Origin: an uncultured Deferribacteres bacterium
GTDB taxonomy: Bacteria; Zhuqueibacterota; Zhuqueibacteria; Zhuqueibacterales; Geothermadaptataceae
Reading direction: 5' to 3'
Length of the DNA: 64,000 nucleotides
Assembly (NCBI GenBank): GCA_964014485.1
Contig: CAXHAT010000009.1
Coordinates: 1-64,000, forward strand
The notes under the pieces are model-generated. The model had not been told where the DNA came from, made no database searches, and was given only the letters and a program-made list of their open reading frames with translations. Below are positions 1 through 8,755 of the stretch, piece by piece; the first letter of the stretch is position 1; each line of letters begins with the position of its first letter. The translations under genes and the position numbers were made by a program.

Positions 1-55
1 GAGCAATGAGCAATGAGCAATGAGCAATGAGCAATGAGCAATGAGCAATGAGCAA
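1..55. repeat. Heptamer tandem repeat (GAGCAAT)x7 plus GAGCAA, cut by the window edge
   Basis: Read directly: perfect 7-bp period from base 1 to 55. Confidence 0.97.
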
Positions 56-68
56 ATTGGGGATTCTA

Positions 69-431
69 ATGAAAAAAGAAAATGCAGTTTTTGAAAAAGC
101 GTATTTGTTCGCGAAGAGGATTGTGAAAGCTTATCAATTTTTGACGAAGGAAAAGAAAGAGTTCATTTTGTCGAAGCAGCTGATTCGTTCAGGCACTTCG
201 ATCGGGGCCAATTTGGCGGAAGCGAACGGGGCTATATCGAAAGCTGATTTTTCAAACAAAGTCTCGATTGCTTACAAAGAGAGTTTAGAGACTAAATACT
301 GGCTGTCACTACTCAAAGACACTGGCTATTTGGGTCAACGTACTTATGATAGTATTTTCGAGGAAGCTGACGAGCTCGCAAGAATTCTATTCTCAATTCT
401 TAAAACAACGCGAATTAATAAAACCGAATAA
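69..431 (+). CDS. Four-helix-bundle protein (23S rRNA IVS / Avd-like family)
   Basis: Motifs LSKQLIRSGTSIGANLAEA, DFSNKVSIAYKESLETKYWL, ELARILFS; ATG at 69 preferred over the ATG inside the repeat. Confidence 0.9.
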   Translation: MKKENAVFEKAYLFAKRIVKAYQFLTKEKKEFILSKQLIRSGTSIGANLAEANGAISKADFSNKVSIAYKESLETKYWLSLLKDTGYLGQRTYDSIFEEADELARILFSILKTTRINKTE

Positions 432-455
432 CGATTGAATGATAATTGTTCATTT

Positions 456-863
456 CTACGAGGCGTGCAGCCAGTTTTCAGTTTTTAACCCTGGTACGCG
501 CGAAAATTCTTTTTCATTATTCGTCACGAGCGTCGCGTCCAAAGACCGCGCGTGAGCCGCAATAAGCGTATCAAGCGCCCCGATTGGTTGGCCGGCTTTT
601 TCAAGCAGACTTCGGATTTCGCCGTAATGATTTGCCGCTGAAGCATCATAAGGTGAAATTTCGAGCGGCGAGAGAAACTGTAACAAGGCGATTCGATTTT
701 GTTCGGCGTTCCGGCTTTTTTCAACGCCGTACGTCATTTCACTGACTGTAATTGACGATACGCCGATATCCATAATAGCTTGTTTATAAAAATGTTTCGC
801 AACTTCTTGAGGTCGCTTTTTGATGATGTAAATGCAGATGTTCGTGTCCAGCATATACTTCAT
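456..863 (-). CDS. vapC: VapC PIN-domain toxin
   Basis: YMLDTNICIY, E..YG, PIGALDTLIAAHA, LVTNNEKEFSRV; overlaps the upstream antitoxin by 4 bp. Confidence 0.95.
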   Translation of the reverse strand: MKYMLDTNICIYIIKKRPQEVAKHFYKQAIMDIGVSSITVSEMTYGVEKSRNAEQNRIALLQFLSPLEISPYDASAANHYGEIRSLLEKAGQPIGALDTLIAAHARSLDATLVTNNEKEFSRVPGLKTENWLHAS

Positions 864-1090
864 GCTATCGGCTCTCTGGCTTGTTGCGGCGGCTGCGCTC
901 TGTCGTTCATAAAGTCGTCGGAAAATTTATCCAGGCTGGAAAAAAGCTGCGTCCAGGGATCGGCTTTGGGAATCAGGATGATCATGTTTTGAAATTTTTT
1001 GATATAAACTTCCGAATCGGTGAATCGATAGTCCTTAGGCAATCGCACAGCTTGGCTCGCACCGCTCATAAAAACTTTTGCCGTTTTCAT
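860..1090 (-). CDS. vapB: VapB antitoxin (AbrB/MazE fold)
   Basis: MKTAKVFMSGASQAVRLPKDYRF...FSDDFM; GGAG upstream of the ATG at 1090. Confidence 0.93.
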   Translation of the reverse strand: MKTAKVFMSGASQAVRLPKDYRFTDSEVYIKKFQNMIILIPKADPWTQLFSSLDKFSDDFMNDRAQPPQQAREPIA

Positions 1091-1117
1091 ACTAACATCT
1101 CCGGTTAACGTTTTTAG

Positions 1118-1155
1118 ATATATTGCAATATATACTTTCCAAAATGAGGAATCAA
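1118..1155 (-). promoter_or_regulatory. vapBC promoter with palindromic operator
   Basis: Perfect palindrome ATATATTGCAATATAT (1118-1133) overlapping the minus-strand TTGATT-N17-TATATT. Confidence 0.6.
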
Positions 1156-1181
1156 CAATTTCAATCATTGCAGGAAACGAC

Positions 1182-3593
1182 ATGCTGAAAAATTATTTTA
1201 AAATCACCTTCCGTAATCTGATCAAAAACAAGACGCATTCCTTGATCAACATTTTGGGTCTTTCATTGGGTATTACCTGCGCGCTGATTATTTTTTTAAT
1301 CGTCAGTTTCGAGCGGAGTTTTGACAATTATCATGACGGCGGCGAAAACATCTATCGCATTGTTAAGGAAGACACGCAGTACGGCGAATCGTCGTTTGAT
1401 CCCGGCGTGCAGACGCCTTTACCGGAAGCCGTCAGAACAGATTTTCCGGAAATCGAACATGTGACCATTGTCGACGCCAACTTTGGCGATCCGGTTTTTT
1501 CGGTTGTTCGCGGGGACGGTGAAATCGACCGTTTCAAGGAGAAAAATGCCGTCGCTTTCGTCAACCCGGACTATTTCAGGATTTTTAAGTATGACTGGCT
1601 GCTTGGAGACTCCGAGACTGCGCTCAACACTCCAAACTCGATTGTTATTTCTGAAAGCATCGCGCAAAAATATTTTCCTTCACCAGGGCTCGCCAACGGC
1701 TATGAAAACCCGCTCGGCAAACGTCTCACCTACAACAACCGTCTGGAATTTCAGGTCACGGGACTCGTCAAAGACCCGCCGGAAAACGCCAACGTGCCAA
1801 TGAAAATCCTGCTCGCCTGGAGCGAAAAAGAACGGGGCGGCGATAATTGGGGCAGTACTTCAACACGAGTTCAATGCTACCTGAAATTGCCTGCGAATAT
1901 GCCGCCGGAACAGATTGAGAGCCGCTTCGAGGCTTTCCTCACCAAACATCACAACGAACAGGCCGCCAAACATACGACCCTGACCTTGCAGCCATTGACG
2001 GAAATGCATTATGACGTGCGCTTTGACACTTTTGGTCCCCGGACGATTTCGGAAAGGACATTGCTCGCATTGGCGCTCATCGGCGTTTTTCTGCTGGTCA
2101 CGGCATGCATCAACTTCATCAACCTGAACACAGCCGCGGCGGTGAGCCGCTCGAAGGAAGTCGGCGTACGCAAGGTTTTGGGCAGTACCCGCCGTCAACT
2201 AACCTTCCATTTTCTTGGCGAAACGGCTGTAATCACGTTCTTGGCCATCGGCATATCCGTTGCCGCCGCTGAGATGATTTTGCCGAGGTTGACGACGTTT
2301 TTGGGTTATGAGTTGAGCACTAACCTTTTTAACAATCCGCAACTGCTCATCTTTCTCGCAATCTTATTTGCCGCCACATCGCTGGTCGCCGGGTTTTACC
2401 CCGCCATACACCTCTCAGGCTTTAGCCCGATTCAGGCAATCCGCAACAAAATGACCGGGAATTACGGCGAAGGCTTAAAATTGCGCAAAGGTCTCGTTGT
2501 CTTGCAATTCGCGATTTCACAAGTATTGATTATCAGCACAGTCGTGATCAGCAGCCAAATGGCGCATTTCGGAAGCGTGGACATGGGGTTCAATCAGGAA
2601 GCCGTCGTCGAGTTCGATTTGCCGCTAAGAGACGCTGATAAATTGCAGCGACTGAAAACGCTGCTTTTGCAAAACCCCGCGATCAAAAACGCCGCGTTTT
2701 CAAATACGGGCTCGGCTTCGAACAATTCCTGGGGCGGCAATTACACCTGGTATACTGACGACGGCAAGGAAGAAGGTCACGCTCACATCAAATTCGTCGA
2801 TCAAGATTTTTTGCAAACTTACCAAGTGAAGCTTTTAGCGGGCGAAGATTTTGTGCAGTCCGATACGCTGGATAGATTTTTGGTCAATGAGGCCTTCGCC
2901 AAAGAAGTCGGTTATGGCGAGCGTTACGCTGAAATTCTTGGCAACCGGACGAAAATCTGGGGCCGGGAAGCGGCGATCTCCGGCGTTGTACACGACTTCC
3001 ACGTCACTTCGCTTCACCATGACGTCTTTCCGGTGATCATGGTCGTGGAAAATCGCTACTGGCTCACCGGCGTAAAAATCGACATGCAAAACGTCGACGG
3101 CGCAATAGCGGCTATCGAAAATGCCTGGGCCGCTGTCTTTCCCGAATTTGTGCTCGAATATCAATTTCTGGACGAAAGCATCGAGCAATTTTACGAGACA
3201 GAAAAACAGATGGCGACGATGATCAATACATTCACCATTGTCGCGGTTTTGATCGGTTGCTTGGGATTGTTTGGGTTGGTTTCTTACATGGCCGCGCGAC
3301 GCACTAAGGAAATTGGCGTTCGCAAGGTGCTCGGCGCGACTTTTTCGAACATCGTGACGCTGCTCTCGAAAGAGTTCGCCGCACTTCTTACGCTCGCGTT
3401 TCTCGTCGCCGCCCCTGTCGCTTGGTATTTCATGCAAGCCTGGCTCGCGGACTTTGCCTACCGCATCGATCTTGGCGCGGGATTATTTTTTCTCGCACTG
3501 GTCGCTTCAGGCTTTATTGCTTTTCTCACTGTAGGCTACAAATCCATGCGCACCGCGTCGGCAAATCCGGTGGAGAGTTTGAGGAATGAATGA
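1182..3593 (+). CDS. ABC transporter permease, MacB/FtsX duplicated-domain type (paralog 1)
   Basis: MLKNYFKI..R, ACINFINL..A..RSKEVGVRKVLG, RTKEIGVRKVLGA, ANPVESLRNE. Confidence 0.95.
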   Translation: MLKNYFKITFRNLIKNKTHSLINILGLSLGITCALIIFLIVSFERSFDNYHDGGENIYRIVKEDTQYGESSFDPGVQTPLPEAVRTDFPEIEHVTIVDANFGDPVFSVVRGDGEIDRFKEKNAVAFVNPDYFRIFKYDWLLGDSETALNTPNSIVISESIAQKYFPSPGLANGYENPLGKRLTYNNRLEFQVTGLVKDPPENANVPMKILLAWSEKERGGDNWGSTSTRVQCYLKLPANMPPEQIESRFEAFLTKHHNEQAAKHTTLTLQPLTEMHYDVRFDTFGPRTISERTLLALALIGVFLLVTACINFINLNTAAAVSRSKEVGVRKVLGSTRRQLTFHFLGETAVITFLAIGISVAAAEMILPRLTTFLGYELSTNLFNNPQLLIFLAILFAATSLVAGFYPAIHLSGFSPIQAIRNKMTGNYGEGLKLRKGLVVLQFAISQVLIISTVVISSQMAHFGSVDMGFNQEAVVEFDLPLRDADKLQRLKTLLLQNPAIKNAAFSNTGSASNNSWGGNYTWYTDDGKEEGHAHIKFVDQDFLQTYQVKLLAGEDFVQSDTLDRFLVNEAFAKEVGYGERYAEILGNRTKIWGREAAISGVVHDFHVTSLHHDVFPVIMVVENRYWLTGVKIDMQNVDGAIAAIENAWAAVFPEFVLEYQFLDESIEQFYETEKQMATMINTFTIVAVLIGCLGLFGLVSYMAARRTKEIGVRKVLGATFSNIVTLLSKEFAALLTLAFLVAAPVAWYFMQAWLADFAYRIDLGAGLFFLALVASGFIAFLTVGYKSMRTASANPVESLRNE

Positions 3594-3671
3594 ATGCATT
3601 TAACCTGCGGCTGCATTTGTCGTCTTTAGAATTGACAAACTATCCGATGGAAAAACATCTGGGAGCATAAA

Positions 3672-4289
3672 ATGGGAAAAATAGATTTTAAGAAGAAGCT
3701 CAAAGATTTATACAAAGCGTCCGCGATCAAAATAGAGATCGTAGACGCGCCGCGAATGAACTTTCTGATGGCGGACGGCAAGGGCGATCCAAACACGTCA
3801 CAGGATTTTCAGGAAGCGGTCGAAGCGCTGTTCGGGCTGGCGTATGCGTTGAAATTTATGATCAAAAAAGGCGATCTGCAAATCGACTACGGCGTTCTGC
3901 CGCTGGAAGGCTTGTGGTGGACAGAAGACATGGCGCAGTTCAGCGTGGAGCGTAAAGAAGATTGGCTTTGGACGGCGATGATTATGCAGTCTGAACTTGT
4001 CACCTCGGAGTTGGTCGCCGAAGCGGTTGAGCAAGTTCGAAAGAAAAAGAATCCGGCGGCGCTCTCGAAGATTCGTTTCGAAGCTTTTGAGGAAGGAATG
4101 GCGGCGCAGATCATGCACATCGGGCCGTTCTCCGAAGAAGGCCCGACCATTGCCAAGTTACACGATTTCATCACTGGAAACGGCTACTCGCTTTCCGGCA
4201 AGCATCATGAAATTTATCTCAGCGACATTCGCAGAGCCGCTCCCGAGAAGTGGAAAACGATTATCCGACAGCCTGTCCTTAGCGTTTGA
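3672..4289 (+). CDS. GyrI-like small-molecule-binding domain protein
   Basis: KIDFKK..LY, DGKGDPN, PLEGLWW, HIGPFSEE, HHEIYLSD.RR.APEKWKTIIRQP. Confidence 0.9.
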   Translation: MGKIDFKKKLKDLYKASAIKIEIVDAPRMNFLMADGKGDPNTSQDFQEAVEALFGLAYALKFMIKKGDLQIDYGVLPLEGLWWTEDMAQFSVERKEDWLWTAMIMQSELVTSELVAEAVEQVRKKKNPAALSKIRFEAFEEGMAAQIMHIGPFSEEGPTIAKLHDFITGNGYSLSGKHHEIYLSDIRRAAPEKWKTIIRQPVLSV

Positions 4290-4347
4290 AAAAACAGCGC
4301 TGGGTTCAATGGCTAGATCGATGCATCTGGCAGACTCAAAAGTTGCT

Positions 4348-4641
4348 TCAGGATAGCGCCTGCAACACTGTCTCCGGAGCGTGAGCAGCGACTTTGAGCA
4401 GAGATTTTGCAGCACCGCTCGGCTTGCGACGACCTTGCTCCCAATCTTGCAATGTTCTCACTGAAACCCCCAACATCATTGCAAATTGATCCTGACTCAA
4501 ATGTAGTTTTTCATTTCGAATAGTCTTCACATCTATAGCGGCTTCGAATGTGAATGTGCGGCTTGCGGTGGATTTTCCTTCTGAAATATCCACCGCCTGT
4601 TTAGCGCTTTCCATCAAACGGTTAAATAGTTGCTCATCCAT
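4348..4641 (-). CDS. higA: HigA-type HTH (XRE) antitoxin
   Basis: LSQDQFAMMLGVSVRTLQDWEQGRRKPSGAAKSLL; lies downstream of a RelE-type toxin. Confidence 0.88.
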   Translation of the reverse strand: MDEQLFNRLMESAKQAVDISEGKSTASRTFTFEAAIDVKTIRNEKLHLSQDQFAMMLGVSVRTLQDWEQGRRKPSGAAKSLLKVAAHAPETVLQALS

Positions 4642-4961
4642 TATTTTATCCTCTCGATCAGTGATTTCAAGCTTTTCTTTTGTTGCATTGTTAATTCTTC
4701 TTGCTTGGCCTTTTTGTAGGCGAGCAACAGATAGATCCGCTCCGCATGTTTGTAGTAATAAATAATGCGAATCCCGCCGCTTTTGCCTTTCCCGCTGACG
4801 CCAAATCTCAATTTTCTCGCGCCGCCAGCGCCTTTAATTAAATTCCCTTTCTCCGGCAAAAAAACCAATTCTAATTGGAGTTTCCGGAATTCCTCAACTG
4901 AAAGAAGTTTGTCAATATCATTCGTAAAAATCGGAGTTTCTATGATCTGGATCTTCTTCAT
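4641..4961 (-). CDS. higB: HigB/RelE-family toxin
   Basis: IETPIF, PEKGNLIKGAGGARKLRF, GKGKSGGIRIIYY, YLLLAYKK; toxin-first order. Confidence 0.9.
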   Translation of the reverse strand: MKKIQIIETPIFTNDIDKLLSVEEFRKLQLELVFLPEKGNLIKGAGGARKLRFGVSGKGKSGGIRIIYYYKHAERIYLLLAYKKAKQEELTMQQKKSLKSLIERIK

Positions 4962-5022
4962 TTTTGGTACGGCCTTCACAGACGCCGCTTGAACTCGCTG
5001 AATAAAGTCTGCTTTGTCACCT

Positions 5023-5051
5023 AAAATATACGGCCTTGCCGTACAAGTCAA
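5023..5051 (-). promoter_or_regulatory. higBA promoter with inverted-repeat operator in the spacer
   Basis: Minus strand TTGACT-N17-TATTTT; the spacer contains TACGGC-AAG-GCCGTA. Confidence 0.65.
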
Positions 5052-5139
5052 TTATTATTTTGAGGATACTGGTAACGCCTTCAAACCGTAAACCGATAAG
5101 CTGACGTGAACGCGATCTTCCCTTCCCGGACAGGCCAAC

Positions 5140-5245
5140 TGTTCATTTACGAACGCAGGTTGTCCTGTCGGCGGATACGCTGTGTCCTGCGAACTCATCC
5201 TTCCGCGTTACATTTCCCGGAAATCCATCATGGTATGAAAGTTGG
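5140..5245 (+). promoter_or_regulatory. Tandem enhancer-like sites plus sigma54-like -24/-12 promoter (copy 1)
   Basis: TGTTC..CGAAC at 5140, TGTCC..CGGATAC at 5161, TGGTATGAAAGTTG at 5231; same spacing as 48839-48943. Confidence 0.65.
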
Positions 5246-5284
5246 TTTTAGCGGCTTGATTAACTATTGATTTTCGGAGTTCTC

Positions 5285-7693
5285 ATGTTCAAAAGCTACT
5301 TCAAAATCGCCTTTCGCACTTTGTGGAAGCACAAGACCTTTTCAGCGATCAATCTTGTCGGGCTGGCCGTCAGCATTGCTGTTTGCTTGCTGCTGATCGC
5401 CTTCATTCGTCACCAGCAGCGTTTTGATCAGTTTCATAGCAAAGCCGACCGCATCTATCGTGTGATTACCGAAATGCACGACCCGCAAATCGGCGTGCTC
5501 GGCTTGGCGACAACGCCCGCGCCGCTGGCTAAGACGATGCGCGAAAATAATTCGCAAATCGCCGCAACAACGCAGTTGCGCCGCATGGGCATGAACGCGA
5601 GTTTCGAAAATACGGTTCACTCCGTCTCAGGCGCTTACGCCGAGCCAAGTTTTTTCGAGCTATTCGATTTTCCTCTTGTCTCCGGGGACGTTGCAACTGC
5701 GTTGCATGAGCCTTTTTCCGTTGTTCTTTCGCAAAAACTGGCGCAGCAGATTTTCGGCGCCGCGAACCCTGTCGGCAAAGTTCTGGTTCGCGACAGCGGC
5801 GATCCATATCGCGTGACAGGCGTTATGCACGATTTTCCAAGCGCTTCGCATCTGCAGTTTGAAGCGCTGGTTTCCTACGCCACATTGAACGTCTTTGATA
5901 CGCGCTCTCCCGGCGCTTTGGCGCTAAACGACTGGCAGTATTTTACCACGACATACACCTATCTTCTGCTCGATGAAAACGCCAGGTTGTCCGAAGTGCG
6001 CAAAGGCTTGGAGCTACAACAAAACCGGTACGATCGCGACAAGCCGAACGAATTCGGCCAAACCGTCGAGCGCTTCGACGTTCAAAAACTCTCCGAGATC
6101 AATTTGGGTCGCGAACTCTCGAATGAAATCGCGCAAATCACGCCCGGGATCGTCGTTTACGTTCTGTCTGTTCTGGCCGCAATTATCATGTTAATCGCGT
6201 GTTTCAATTATATCAGTCTGAGCATTGCACGTTCGCTAAAGCGGGCGCGGGAAGTCGGCGTGCGAAAGGTGGCTGGAGCATGGCGCAGGCAACTGGTCAC
6301 ACAATTTTTGAGCGAATCCGTCATCATTGCGCTGCTGGCCATGGCGCTCGGCTCGATTCTGCTTGTTGAACTCATCCCCGCGTTCAACAAACTCGGATTT
6401 ATTCAGGATATGAAAGCGCGAATCACGTTTGAAGTTTTGAGCGATCCATGGCTTTATCTCAGTTTTTTCGGGTTCAGCCTGTTGACCGGGGTTCTGGCCG
6501 GACTTTTCCCGGCGTTCGCGCTCTCCGCGTATCGTCCGGTGAACGTGCTCAAAGGGCTTTCGCGCATCAGCGGCTTTTCCGGCTTGACTCTGCGCCGTAC
6601 TTTGATCGTCATTCAATTTTCGCTTGCGTTAATTTTCATCATCATTACTGGATTCATTCACCGACAAATCGGCTTCATGCTCGCCGCGGATTATGGCTTC
6701 AATCGCGACCACCTTGTTTTTGTCGAATTGCAGAGCGCGCCCTACGAACGTTTCCGTCAGGAAATGCTGAAAAGCCCGACGGTCGCCAGCGTCTCGGCTT
6801 CATCGGCGGTGCTGGTCGGCGGGCAAACGTGGCAGCGCGGCAAAACCGCTGGCATGGAATCGAACCTTTTGGTTGGAATCATCGCAATCGATGAGCATTT
6901 CATTGATGATTTTGGACTGACGATACTGGCGGGACGCAATTTCGACCCGGCGTTTTCTACGGATCAGCAAGGCGTTATTCTAAGCGAAAAAGCGGTGCAG
7001 GAATTCGGCTTTCAATCACCGCAAGAAGCCGTCGGCGAAACCGTTATTTTGGAAGAAACGAATCCGCACACTGTTTTGGGCGTGGTCAAAGAATTTTATT
7101 TTCGCCCGCTTTCCAGCTCCAGCCGCCCGCTGGCTCTCAAATACGATCCAAGCTGGTTTCAATACGCGGCAATTCGTTTTCACGGCGAGCAACTGCCGCA
7201 AATGCTCGATCATCTGCGCGCAACCTGGGGAGCTTTCGATCAAGCGCCTCCACTGCAATACGTCTTTTTTGATGACCATCTCGAAACGGAATACGCCGCC
7301 ATGCGCGACGCAACACGAATTTTGAGTCTCGCGGCAGGATTCGCCGTTCTCATCGCCTGTCTCGGCTTGCTGGGGATGGTGATTTACGCAGTTGAAACGC
7401 GCACGCAAGAAATTGGCGTTCGCAAAGTTTTAGGAGCCGATGTTCCCGGCCTTATCGTTTTGTTGTCACAAAGCTTTCTGCGTCTATTAATCGTTGCGAT
7501 CACGATTGCAGCGCCGTTGTGTTTTTTATTAATCAGGGTACTATCACAAAACTTCGCGCAGGGTCCGGGTTTCGAGCTCGGGCTGTTTGTATGGCCGATT
7601 CTTGGTTTGCTGTCTTTGGCGATCCTGACGATTGGTTCTCAGACCATCAAGGCGGCCCTGGCAAATCCGGTTAAGTCATTGCGCTATGAATAA
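5285..7693 (+). CDS. ABC transporter permease, MacB/FtsX type (paralog 2)
   Basis: MFKSYFKIAFR, RAREVGVRKV, RTQEIGVRKVLGA, ANPVKSLRYE; GGAG RBS. Confidence 0.95.
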   Translation: MFKSYFKIAFRTLWKHKTFSAINLVGLAVSIAVCLLLIAFIRHQQRFDQFHSKADRIYRVITEMHDPQIGVLGLATTPAPLAKTMRENNSQIAATTQLRRMGMNASFENTVHSVSGAYAEPSFFELFDFPLVSGDVATALHEPFSVVLSQKLAQQIFGAANPVGKVLVRDSGDPYRVTGVMHDFPSASHLQFEALVSYATLNVFDTRSPGALALNDWQYFTTTYTYLLLDENARLSEVRKGLELQQNRYDRDKPNEFGQTVERFDVQKLSEINLGRELSNEIAQITPGIVVYVLSVLAAIIMLIACFNYISLSIARSLKRAREVGVRKVAGAWRRQLVTQFLSESVIIALLAMALGSILLVELIPAFNKLGFIQDMKARITFEVLSDPWLYLSFFGFSLLTGVLAGLFPAFALSAYRPVNVLKGLSRISGFSGLTLRRTLIVIQFSLALIFIIITGFIHRQIGFMLAADYGFNRDHLVFVELQSAPYERFRQEMLKSPTVASVSASSAVLVGGQTWQRGKTAGMESNLLVGIIAIDEHFIDDFGLTILAGRNFDPAFSTDQQGVILSEKAVQEFGFQSPQEAVGETVILEETNPHTVLGVVKEFYFRPLSSSSRPLALKYDPSWFQYAAIRFHGEQLPQMLDHLRATWGAFDQAPPLQYVFFDDHLETEYAAMRDATRILSLAAGFAVLIACLGLLGMVIYAVETRTQEIGVRKVLGADVPGLIVLLSQSFLRLLIVAITIAAPLCFLLIRVLSQNFAQGPGFELGLFVWPILGLLSLAILTIGSQTIKAALANPVKSLRYE

Positions 7694-7724
7694 CTCTTCA
7701 ACTTAAACTTTGCAGGACTTTTAA

Positions 7725-8669
7725 ATGCAGCGTTGTAAAAAGCTTTCAATCTTTTCAATATTAAGTATTTGCATGCTTCAATTTTTCACGGCGTGCGCAC
7801 AGGATTCCGAAATTGTACTGACCAGCGAGGTTCAGAGAGCAGTCATTAGCGAATTGAGGAAAAACGTCAGCAAGAACTACATCATTCGGGATATGGCGGC
7901 AGAGATCGACAAAAAGCTTCAGCAAAAACTCGATGCGCAGGCTTACGACGATATTGACTCTTTTGAAGCATTCTCCGAAGCGCTGACTTCTGATCTACGC
8001 GCCTGGAGCGGCGATTTACATTTTTTGGTTTTTTATACTGGAGTCCCGCCTAAACCCGGCGATATTATTGCGCGACAACCCAAGACGCCGATGACAACCA
8101 TGCTCGAAGGCAAAATCGCCCATTTTCAGAATATCACCAAGCTTTCAAATCGCCAACGCGATGCGTTTGTGGATGCTATGAAAACTGTTGAAAACGCCGA
8201 CGGCCTCATCATCGATCTCAGAGAATGCAGCGGCGGAGATCGGAAGGCGGTCAATCTGCTAACGAGCTATTTTTTTGAAAAACCGATCTATCTGCATACA
8301 TTTGAAGAAATTGGGAAAAAACCGCAGGAAGTTTGGACAAGTAAGAAAATACCCGGAAAACGTTTGCCCGATATCCCAATCTATGTGCTAACCAGCAAAG
8401 CAACGGCTTCCGGCGGCGAATCGCTCGCTTATCTTTTAAAACATCACAATCGCGCAAAGATCGTGGGAGAAGTCACAAAGGGGGCGGCGCACGGCGTTAG
8501 AACTTACGATCTCGCTTACAAATATCGAGCGTTCATTCCTTATTTTCGAACTATTCATCCAGCCACAAACGCCAATTGGGAAGCAAAAGGCGTGATCCCT
8601 GATATTCTCGTTCCCGCGGAGGCGGCTTTGGACGAAGCGCACCAGCATTTGCTGAAAGCCAAGGAATAG
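7725..8669 (+). CDS. S41-family peptidase, probable lipoprotein
   Basis: FFTAC lipobox-like signal, DLHF, LIIDLR..SGG, TASGGESLAY, VGEVTKG, WEAKGVIPD. Confidence 0.85.
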   Translation: MQRCKKLSIFSILSICMLQFFTACAQDSEIVLTSEVQRAVISELRKNVSKNYIIRDMAAEIDKKLQQKLDAQAYDDIDSFEAFSEALTSDLRAWSGDLHFLVFYTGVPPKPGDIIARQPKTPMTTMLEGKIAHFQNITKLSNRQRDAFVDAMKTVENADGLIIDLRECSGGDRKAVNLLTSYFFEKPIYLHTFEEIGKKPQEVWTSKKIPGKRLPDIPIYVLTSKATASGGESLAYLLKHHNRAKIVGEVTKGAAHGVRTYDLAYKYRAFIPYFRTIHPATNANWEAKGVIPDILVPAEAALDEAHQHLLKAKE

Positions 8670-8755
8670 CTTTTCTAAACTTGAGTGAGGGTTTATCCGT
8701 CAGAAACGCAACGTGTTGATTTAAGATTTGGCAATCAAAAAACGGAGGCCGGGAC

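Noticed and set aside
69..431. Diversity-generating retroelement or rRNA intervening sequence
   Set aside because: No reverse transcriptase, no TR/VR pair and no rRNA sequence in the window.
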